From Octopus bimaculoides (taxonomy: Eukaryota), in NCBI RefSeq assembly GCF_001194135.2, contig NC_068994.1, positions 32,207,699-32,253,035 on the forward strand: 45,337 nt of DNA. Direction: 5' to 3'. Numbering within the stretch: the stretch's first letter is position 1; each line of letters begins with the position of its first letter. The notes under the pieces are model-generated. The model did not search any database, was not told the DNA's origin, and was given only the letters and a program-made list of their open reading frames with translations. This document shows positions 35,281 to 45,337 of this stretch, in pieces. The translations under genes were made by a program, and so were the position numbers.

Positions 35281-36127
35281 TATATATANNNNNNNNNNNN
35301 NNNNNNNNNNNNNNNNNNNNNNNNNNNNNNNNNNNNNNNNNNNNNNNNNNNNNNNNNNNNNNNNNNNNNNNNNNNNNNNNNNNNNNNNNNNNNNNNNNNN
35401 NNNNNNNNNNNNNNNNNNNNNNNNNNNNNNNNNNNNNNNNNNNNNNNNNNNNNNNNNNNNNNNNNNNNNNNNNNNNNNNNNNNNNNNNNNNNNNNNNNNN
35501 NNNNNNNNNNNNNNNNNNNNNNNNNNNNNNNNNNNNNNNNNNNNNNNNNNNNNNNNNNNNNNNNNNNNNNNNNNNNNNNNNNNNNNNNNNNNNNNNNNNN
35601 NNNNNNNNNNNNNNNNNNNNNNNNNNNNNNNNNNNNNNNNNNNNNNNNNNNNNNNNNNNNNNNNNNNNNNNNNNNNNNNNNNNNNNNNNNNNNNNNNNNN
35701 NNNNNNNNNNNNNNNNNNNNNNNNNNNNNNNNNNNNNNNNNNNNNNNNNNNNNNNNNNNNNNNNNNNNNNNNNNNNNNNNNNNNNNNNNNNNNNNNNNNN
35801 NNNNNNNNNNNNNNNNNNNNNNNNNNNNNNNNNNNNNNNNNNNNNNNNNNNNNNNNNNNNNNNNNNNNNNNNNNNNNNNNNNNNNNNNNNNNNNNNNNNN
35901 NNNNNNNNNNNNNNNNNNNNNNNNNNNNNNNNNNNNNNNNNNNNNNNNNNNNNNNNNNNNNNNNNNNNNNNNNNNGAGAGAGGAAGAGAGAAAGATATAG
36001 CAGTGAAGGGGAGAGGCGAATAACAACAGAAGGAAGAACGAGAGGGGGAGAAAGATACGAAGATAGATAGAGTCGCGTCAGAAATATAAAGTTAAAACTT
36101 ACTTGCAAAGATGACGCGTGCTGTTGT

Positions 36128-36292
36128 GTTAACGTCCCCGTAACATTAGCGGTTCGGCAAAAGAGACCGATAGAATAAGTACTAGGCTTACAAAGAATAA
36201 GTCCTGGGGTCGATTTGCTGGACTAAAGGTGGTGCTCCAGCATGGCCACAATCAAATGACTGAAACAAATAAAAGAGTAAAAGAGTAAAGAG
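36128..36292 (+). mobile_element. SINE 3' half with an (AAAGAGT)n tail; truncates the Penelope ORF
   Basis: GCGGTTCGGCAAAAGAGACCGATAGAATAAGTAC...GGTGCTCCAGCATGGCC...TGACTGAAAC; related fragments at 22880 and 43645. Confidence 0.75.
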
Positions 36293-36294
36293 TA

Positions 36295-37075
36295 ATCTAG
36301 TCGAGTTAATTCTGTTTCTATTTCTGAAAGTGTACTGATGTGCGGTTAGTCTACGATTCATTTCACTTTGGGTAGCTCCAATGTAACTCCTTTTACTAAA
36401 CTGTGTTGTGACTGTGCATTGGTAAATTACATCCTTCGAGGGCACAATTCTCCCTATTCCTACAGTCACATAGATTCTGCTGTGGAGTGGGGGATAGCTT
36501 TCTAGTGGACTAGAGCTAGATCTATTGAGATTGATAGGGCTATTATGATTCTGAGTGTTCCCTTTACTAAGATTGGGGTAGGGTTTATTATTTTTATTCT
36601 TACTATTACCGCTGTCGTTGTTATTGTTGCTTCTATTTAAATAGAAAGTGTCTAGTTTTTTATTATTCAAGGAGGATAGGATGCTCGCTAAGTTATGCGT
36701 AATACTATAACCTTTTCTTATTATGCTACTATTTATAAGTTTCGAATACCTATTATCCTTATCAAAGTGCTTATTTATAATGTCAAATATTTGCTTAGCT
36801 AAACCGTTCTTTATTTTCATCGCAAATGGGAGTATGATCCAGATCATGTCTCCCGATTTACCAGTAGTCTTATCAAGCGACACATGTTTACAGTTGTTAA
36901 GGTATTGCATACGGTGTATATGTATATTATCATTAGTTCTATTATCAAGGCTCTGCGCATTTATACCACCATTAGTGGTGCTATGACCAGGTTTACGCCG
37001 GTAGTATTTTGAGTTGCAACTATGGTTTTTATTACTGTTGTCTTCATGGTTAGTGGGTTTATTAGTATCATTCAT
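36295..37075 (-). mobile_element. Penelope-like element ORF remnant (post-RT region plus GIY-YIG endonuclease)
   Basis: IWIILPF..KIKNGLAKQIFDIINKHF...RKGYS..NLASILSSLNNKKL, then VIYQCTV...YIGATQSEMNRRLTAHQYTFRN...NSTRL (GIY-YIG type). Confidence 0.85.
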
Positions 37076-37176
37076 CCTTCGTCTAGTTCCCCAGGGGAAT
37101 AGGAATCGGTAAACAAAATGTCAGTCCATCACAATTTCCTATGTAGAACTAACTTAAGATCAAGTAATACTCTAAG

Positions 37177-37360
37177 AGTGGAGGCGCGTAGCTTAGTGGT
37201 TAGGGTGTTGCGCTCATCAATGTAAGATGGTGGTTTCAATTCCAGGACCGGTCGATGCGTTGTGTTCTTGTGTAAAACACTTCATTTCACGTTGCTCATA
37301 TCCATTCGGTTGGAAAAAACGTGAGTAATCCTGTGACGGACCCGCGTCCCGTTCTGAAGG
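37177..37360 (+). mobile_element. tRNA-derived SINE
   Basis: GGAGGCGCGTAGCTTAGTGGTTAGGG, GGTTTCAATTCC and TGTGTTCTTGTGTAAAACACTTCATTTCACG. Confidence 0.8.
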
Positions 37361-37399
37361 CGGCGGCTCGGCAAGAACATTTTACCCTTTGTTTTGATC

Positions 37400-38162
37400 G
37401 TCAGCGCGCCGGACCAAATGCTAAGCTGCATTTCTTCACGCTTTTTTATGTCCTGAGTTAAAATTTTGCCTGGCAGTGCTACCGAGGGCATTGGTGAATT
37501 GTGGGGTCATGTCAAACAACTGCTGTCGCGTGTGGGACGGATCCGTCTGTCGGCCGAATCTGTAGTGATGATCGCACCGCTGTCCTCCTTCAATGGAGCA
37601 GGCAAAGCAGTTTTCCTTTGCCTGGTGGCTGTGGCGAAAGATGTTTTTTGGTGGACAAGGCTGAAAGGCACGAGGACAGATACATTCTTCTTTGGTAGAA
37701 CTCTCATTGACTTCTTGAAGTTTTACTTGTAAACGAAATTGAGAATGGAGAGGGAAGTGCTGTCCTCGAGTGAGTTTACTGAAAGGTGGGTGAAAGTTGA
37801 GAAAATGGCAAGAGTGGATGGTACGTCTCTAAGTGTAGACCTGTGAGTCAGAGAGAAGGAATTGGAGAGGGCACTTGCTCCTGGGGTTTCAAGGAAATCT
37901 CGTGCAGTGGGGTTCCTCGATTATCCCTTAGAGGGCTTCCTGTATCAGAAGGATTACATCTCTATCACCCTACCCGCATTTTATTTTTTGGTTTTAAAAC
38001 ATTGTATGCTATGCATGTAACTTCTGTTTCAGCATATACCGTGTAAAATTAATTTCTTATTTTTCTTTTTGTTTTTATAATTTCATTATATGTAACCCCC
38101 CCAGACTCTATGTCTGTTTTTGTATTGTCCTCTTCCTCCTTCACCCTTGTGGCAAATAAATG

Positions 38163-38209
<47 letters not shown>
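37400..38209 (+). mobile_element. Tx1/L1-clade LINE 3' end with an (ATC)n tail
   Basis: LHAFLCP (CCHC remnant), ELWGHVKQLLSRV...FLCLVAVAKDVFWWTR...FLKFYL*TKLRMERE...F.ERWV; 3' UTR ends AATAAATGAAATC(ATC)n. Confidence 0.7.
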
Positions 38210-38254
<45 letters not shown>

Positions 38255-38550
38255 TTCTCTTTATTACAAGTTTTGTTGGAGCTCCTGGAGTCTTACATGC
38301 GTTGCAGGCTTACTATCTGCAGCCTACAGTACCGTGCTATTCGTTCTTTTCAGCTAATTCTTTCCTGATTATTCTAGCTGTGCCAAGGAGGCAAACCTTT
38401 TGTAACAGTTCTACAGGGAACTCTATTCCGATTTCCTTTATATTCCTCTTGATGCCTTCTGATACTGTTCCCAAGGATCCAATAATAATTGTCACTATCT
38501 TCACCTGCTTCATTCTCCATACTCGGGCTATTTCGTACTTAAGAGGGTTG

Positions 38551-38630
<80 letters not shown>

Positions 38631-39640
38631 AATCTTCCTTCTTGACTATTCGTGGGTCAAAGGGGCATGCAACATCAGCTATATAGCATAGATGGTGTAC
38701 CTTGTCCATCACCACTAGGTCCCAGAGGATTTAGCTACTGTCCAACTCCACCACTCTCTGCGGTTTGTTCTCATACCACGTCTTGCTTTTCTCTAGCTCC
38801 CATCTTTCGCAAAGTTTCCAATGTAGCACTTTCGCTATCTGGTTGGGTCGCCACAACTTGAAATGGTTTTGGGCAAGTCTAGGGCATTCGTTTGTGATAT
38901 GGGAAATGGCTTCAATCCGCTCTATAGCACAGCGGAGACACTTGCTCATTCTTAAGGTTGACCCTTCAGTTCGTGACCAAATCTTGGTCCTGCGATGCCA
39001 GTATTGTGCTCTCGGTCTCTTTTTTTAGGATTCCTTTCATCAGGCGATCCCACCTGTTTTTTCCAGCAACTTCAGTTGTGGCTGCATGGAATTAATTGTG
39101 TTGTCCCTTGTTGCATAATTCTTCTTCATATCTTTTTTATACTTCTTCCTTTGTTTTCTCTTTTTTTCTCTGCTTTCAATACTTCCTCGTTCCTAACTGA
39201 CATTAGCAAGTTTTCTTTACTTTGGGCTAGGTAACTCATTAAGCTCTCAAGTTCGATATGTATGCAGTCTTCGACACTTAGTACTCCCCTTCCTCCATTT
39301 GCTCTCTTTATATATAAGCGATCAGTGTCTGCACACAGATGATGGGCTCCATGCATCATTAGGAGCTTTCTTAACATCCTGTCCATCTCCTTTAGCTCCT
39401 CCTCTGTCCACATCAGGATTCCAGCGCCATACCAAATTACAGTGACTGCGCACGAGTTTATTACCGAAATTATGTTTCTGGCATTCAGTTTTGAAGTCAA
39501 TATTTTTCTCACTCGCCGCCGGTATTCTGTTTTTATCTTTTCCTTCATGTCGTGATGTTTGATTCCATCTGCCTCAAGTATTCCCAGGTATTTGGTGAAA
39601 AATAACAATGCAAAAAAAAGAGCGAATGCCATGAGTTACA
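38210..39640 (-). mobile_element. R4/Dong-type LINE: RT C-terminus, zinc knuckle, RLE, 3' UTR and (AAT)n tail
   Basis: KYLGILEAD...RVRKILTSKLN...DRLYIKRANGGRG, CLRC...ISHITNECPRL...VLHWKLC and EIARVW...IIIGSLG...QKVCLLGTARIIRK*. Confidence 0.9.
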
Positions 39641-39989
39641 CATGTACGTTTCTTTACATTCTGATTTCAAACGTCACCAGAATCTATATAAAGTTCTGAG
39701 TTCCTCACTAAGGCCTACAGTGATTTTCATGCTTCCAGGTCTATTATCTACATTCCTGGTTATATGCCGAGTGCGGTCCACATTGGCGTATTTGTTGCTC
39801 TTGTTCCTGTTGTTCGTAAGAGCATTTTGGAGATCCAGAGGCTGCTTTGTACGCTGTAAAATGGGTAAATTATTTTGCATCTTTTTGTAAAATGGGTAAT
39901 TATTTTGCACTCAGATTCTGAGTGTAAGTCCTGCCAATAAAGTAAAAAAAAAAAAGGGAGCAGGGAGTAGAGACCCCTGATGAAAATGG

Positions 39990-40407
39990 TATTGTTGATG
40001 ATGATGATAACGACGACGACGATTATGATTGTGGTAGTGGTTAGTGATTGCAGTGGTGATGGCGGTGGTTGTAATACCAAGAAAAAGAACGCTGAGGATT
40101 AGCGAATATAACGAGGAAAGTGATTGTGTTAGTATGAAAGATAATGCTGACGATAAGAATGATGACAATAATTATGACGATGACAACGATAATGATAATG
40201 ATGATGCTGACGATGATAATGACGATGATGATAATGATGGTGAAGATAGCAACAACAAAGTGAACACCACCATTAATGAGAGTGAGAACGATGACGATGA
40301 CTACGATGATGATGATGATGATGCGACGGTTTTCATAATAACGATTTCGGCTACAACACCGATGACAATAATGACAATAGCAATGATAATGACGATGACG
40401 ACGACGG

Positions 40408-40465
<58 letters not shown>

Positions 40466-40996
40466 TTACAATGCTGCTGCTGCTGTTTATGGTGATATTG
40501 ATGACGATAAATAATTAAAGAGATAGAGATTAATGAATGACAATGCATCTTATCAAACACTTGTAATTTAGCGAACGATTTTAATAGATTCCACACAAAT
40601 CAATATTGATGGTCATGGCGGCGACGGCGGCGACGGCGGCGACGGCGGCGACGCTGGTAGGGGTGGTGGTGACGGCGATGACGAATGTGATAAGACAGAA
40701 AACGACCATTATGGCGATAGTAACGATGATGATGATGTTGTTGTTGTTGTTGGTCGTGGTGTTGGTGATGGTGATGATGGTGGTGGTTGTGATGAGGAAT
40801 TTCATAGCTAGTAAAGAAACGTTAGAGTGATAGTAATGATGGTGGTGGTGGTGGTGGTAGCGGTGGTGGTGATGGTTATGGTGGCGGCGAGATGATGATG
40901 AGGAGGATGGTGGTGGTGGAGGTGGTGGTGTTGGTGGTGACGATGATGACGATGATAATGTTGACGATGATGAACATGACGATAATGAAAATGATG

Positions 40997-41028
<32 letters not shown>

Positions 41029-41035
41029 AATGATG
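39990..41035. repeat. Degenerate trinucleotide low-complexity field (GAT, GGT, GTT) with (GGCGGCGAC)x4 near 40618-40652
   Basis: Directly visible. Confidence 0.9.
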
Positions 41036-41559
41036 AATGTTGTTTTTATCTCTCCCTATGTTCCTTTTTTTTTTAATTGTAATTTGTTTTTGTTTATGCA
41101 TTCTTTATTTTATTTCTGTTCTTTTATCAAATTAATACGTCAATATTCATGCCCCGCCGCCGCCGCCATAAGCACCACCACCACCACCACCACCNNNNNN
41201 NNNNNNNNNNNNNNNNNNNNNNNNNNNNNNNNNNNNNNNNNNNNNNNNNNNNNNNNNNNNNNNNNNNNNNNNNNNNNNNNNNNNNNNNNNNNNNNNNNNN
41301 NATCCTGATAATGACTGTACTTATACTCCCGCTACTGTTGCTGTTGATGATGGTAATGATTATGATAATGATTATGGTGATTATTATGGTGATCATGTTC
41401 ACGACAAGAATGATGGGTGCCATATTTAGGCCGTTTCAGCGAGGGTGGGCGAGGGTGTATGGATGTGGTCGGAAGGTGGTCATGTTAGGAAGGAGGGACA
41501 TTTTTTGGTTAAGCTCCAGAGTAAAAAAAAGCTCCCCAAAGCTCCCCATCGCTCCCCAA

Positions 41560-42774
41560 TTCCCTGAATGACGACAACGACGAAATCCCAGCCGCACCAC
41601 CTTCGCCACTATTACAACCACTACTACCCCTACTACTATCGCCACCAACGCATAAACAACAAGCACCGACCCTACTAAAACCACCACCACCGATACCACA
41701 ACCTCCACTACCAACACAATCACCACTGGTACCACCATCGCAACCTACAACCACTATCACCACGAACACTACCACTAATATCACAGCTACTACCACCACC
41801 ACCACCACCACCATCAACAACAACAACAACAACAACAACAATAACACAACCAGCATCAAAACCACCACCACCNNNNNNNNNNNNNNNNNNNNNNNNNNNN
41901 NNNNNNNNNNNNNNNNNNNNNNNNNNNNNNNNNNNNNNNNNNNNNNNNNNNNNNNNNNNNNNNNNNNNNNNNNNNNNNNNNNNNNNNNNNNNNNNNNNNN
42001 NNNNNNNNNNNNNNNNNNNNNNNNNNNNNNNNNNNNNNNNNNNNNNNNNNNNNNNNNNNNNNNNNNNNNNNNNNNNNNNNNNNNNNNNNNNNNNNNNNNN
42101 NNNNNNNNNNNNNNNNNNNNNNNNNNNNNNNNNNNNNNNNNNNNNNNNNNNNNNNNNNNNNNNNNNNNNNNNNNNNNNNNNNNNNNNNNNNNNNNNNNNN
42201 NNNNNNNNNNNNNNNNNNNNNNNNNNNNNNNNNNNNNNNNNNNNNNNNNNNNNNNNNNNNNNNNNNNNNNNNNNNNNNNNNNNNNNNNNNNNNNNNNNNN
42301 NNNNNNNNNNNNNNNNNNNNNNNNNNNNNNNNNNNNNNNNNNNNNNNNNNNNNNNNNNNNNNNNNNNNNNNNNNNNNNNNNNNNNNNNNNNNNNNNNNNN
42401 NNNNNNNNNNNNNNNNNNNNNNNNNNNNNNNNNNNNNNNNNNNNNNNNNNNNNNNNNNNNNNNNNNNNNNNNNNNNNNNNNNNNNNNNNNNNNNNNNNNN
42501 NNNNNNNNNNNNNNNNNNNNNNNNNNNNNNNNNNNNNNNNNNNNNNNNNNNNNNNNNNNNNNNNNNNNNNNNNNNNNNNNNNNNNNNNNNNNNNNNNNNN
42601 NNNNNNNNNNNNNNNNNNNNNNNNNNNNNNNNNNNNNNNNNNNNNNNNNNNNNNNNNNNNNNNNNNNNNNNNNNNNNNNNNNNCTTAAGCGAAAAGGTTA
42701 AATGAAATTCATTCATTACATGTATGTATGTATGTATGTATGTATGTATGTATGTATATATGTATGTATGTATG

Positions 42775-42808
<34 letters not shown>

Positions 42809-43070
42809 TGTATGTATGTATGTATGCGCGTGTATATGTATGTATGTATGTATGCATGAGTGTGTGCATGCATGGATGTATGTATGTATGTATGTATGTA
42901 TGTATTATGTACGCATCTATGTATGCATGCAGGCGTGTATGTATGTATGTATGCGTGTGTGCATGTATGTATGCATGCATGCGTGTGTGTATGTGTATAT
43001 ATTTGTGTATGCTACTATATGTGTATGTGTACACACACACACACACTCACATATATGCGTATGTGTGTGT
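41560..43070. repeat. (CAC/CAA)n low complexity, gap, and (TATG)n microsatellite
   Basis: Directly visible. Confidence 0.9.
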
Positions 43071-43949
43071 TTTTTTTTGTGTGTGTGTGTGCGTGGAACC
43101 TGCACCTTATTGTATCAAACGAGTGAGTGATCAAGTTCCTACCACCTCAATCCCTTTCCCCGCCGTTTCGCTGATCTTGAATCAAACAGAAAGAGCAATA
43201 CCACAATTTAACACCAAATATATACTAAAAAAAGTGTCGGAATAATAAAACAATAAAATAAGAAAGAAAAAACCCAAAACACACAAATACACACACACAC
43301 AAAATTATAACAAGTAATAAAGAAAATGTATAAAAATAAAAAATATATGAAAATAAAAAATGAAATATATAGAAATATGAAATCTATTAGAAATGCGGAG
43401 ACCATATCATATTGAACTGATCTCCAATGGCCTTGTATTTAGTTTGACACTGACAAAATATTTATGACTTTTAATATTGTTATCAAGGGCAGAAAGGGCG
43501 GTGGATTGCAGGAGAGCATTGGGGAGGGGACCTCGCAGTGTTTAGTTACAGTTGTTTACGTTTTATGCTGGGATCCCGCTGATAAAATGCACCGAGTCCT
43601 TGTTATAAAGTGATTCGTGGCGGGAGACGTTTTCTTTTATCCTTTACTTGTTTCAGTCATTCGACTACAGCCCAGCTGGGAGAACTGCCTTGAAGGGTTT
43701 TGGTTGAACAAATAGAACCCTTTACCAGTACTAATTTTTGTAAAAGTTTGGTACTTACTTTTGTTTTACTAAGAGAAAAATGCAAGCAAAAATATTTCAC
43801 ATGAAAGAAACCATGTAATACAAAAGGACTTAATCAATGAATAATTTTAAATCCGGCGATCACGACGTTCACAGCCTTAATAGTAACTTTTGTTCTCTAG
43901 AGATGTACCGCAAATCGTGCGAACAACACGTCTTTATTTATATCACTTC

Positions 43950-43990
43950 AACCTGATGATGAGACCGAGAATGTCTAGAAACATTAATCG
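43950..43990 (+). ncRNA. Hammerhead-like core with disrupted helices I and III
   Basis: CTGATGA-T-GAGAC-CGAGAAT-GTCTA-GAAAC: intact core and 4-bp helix II, but no clean NUH or helix I. Confidence 0.3.
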
Positions 43991-44099
43991 ACAACTGGAT
44001 TTAGAAATATTTTCGTTTCAAACTAAACATGAAGGATTAACTAGAAAATATGAAAAATTCTTTAATGAAAAGGAGGAAATACGTATTCATTTGTGTCTC

Positions 44100-44482
44100 C
44101 ACTATAACACACACACGCACAGACCCACGCACATATACACACACTTACAAAAACATACACATGCACGCACGCGCGCGCGCGCGCACACACACACACACAC
44201 ACACAAATATGCACGCACATATACATATCAGTATATGTATCTCTGTATAAAATATATGGGTTTTATATGTGTATATATATATATATATATGTATGTAAGC
44301 ATTATATATATGTATATTTATATATTTATATATACGTATATATGTACATTTATATATTTATATATACGTATAAATATATATATATATATATATATATGAA
44401 AGTTTATATATATTTTTATACTTATATATATAAACACTCACATACATATAGATGTAAGCATATATATGTTTGTGTCTAGGTA

Positions 44483-44545
<63 letters not shown>

Positions 44546-45260
44546 GTACATACATACATGACTACTGCATACTCTATTTAGATACACGCTAATAAAACCG
44601 ACACACACGCACACACATATATACACTATATATACCTCTCTCATATATTTTACCCATTGACATGATTAGTCGTTGTTTGTCTTTCATTTATATAAAAATA
44701 TATGTATATATATTTTTTTATCTCACTTCCCTCCACAATTGTAAGGAAAGAAGACATTTCCGACATTTTGAATCTTTTGACATTTCCCCGCAGTAAACAC
44801 CATTTATATTTCACTAGATTCCATTCTTTTGTGCCACGGGTTCGCTGCTCATAGAAATACACCTGCCTCTCTATACTTTTACAACACAAAACACGAAAAC
44901 ATATAAACAGACGCACACGTAATGGAAAGCTTATCACATCTACAAACGTTACAATACCGCTATCTATTGGTTTGGTACATACATGCATATGTGTACATAT
45001 GTGTGCATTTATCTATTTATTTATGTATGCATACATACGTATATATATATATATATAAATATATATATATGCATATATATATATATGTGTATGTATATAC
45101 ATTAATATATAAATATACACACATATATATATATATATATTTATACACACAAATATACACTCACACATACTTATACATGAAGTATATCCATCCATCCATC
45201 CATACATACATACACGTACATACGCGCGCACGCGTACAGACATGTATATGTTTTTTTTTT
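44100..45260. repeat. CA/GC/TA microsatellite mosaics
   Basis: Directly visible, with a short unique stretch at 44650-44960. Confidence 0.85.
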
Positions 45261-45337
45261 ATATACGAAGGCTTTTTTGTTTGTTTGGCGTCATAGAAAC
45301 GTTAAAGTGCACAAACAACATACTAACTAATATGAAA

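Noticed and set aside
40044-40514. Acidic D/N-rich ORF
   Set aside because: Lies wholly within degenerate GAT/AAT trinucleotide repeats; no splice or domain support.

Overview
A gene-poor, repeat-saturated eukaryotic scaffold segment, most likely from an octopod cephalopod (inferred from the tRNA-derived SINE families, extreme microsatellite density and short-read gap pattern). About 15% is N, in 19 gaps. I found no supportable host protein-coding gene; nearly all long ORFs in the track are microsatellite or N read-through artefacts. Real content includes a decayed hAT (Charlie/SPIN, GTF2IRD2-like) transposon with one TIR, a second hAT C-terminal fragment and three mariner relics. There are also four R4/Dong-type (RLE) LINE fragments, a Tx1/L1-clade 3' end, a Penelope-like (GIY-YIG) ORF remnant, many tRNA-derived SINEs (two with clear TSDs) and a 3'-truncated U6 copy fused to a SINE. 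The most interesting signal lies outside the ORF track: several minimal type-I hammerhead ribozyme motifs with palindromic helix III, the Penelope/retrozyme architecture. One has a fully intact core (12169-12201), and two occur in same-strand pairs about 220-250 nt apart. Also notable are a SINE head-to-tail array with a recurring tail-to-A-box junction and a two-copy chimeric retroposon. All calls are by eye; no searches or folding were run.
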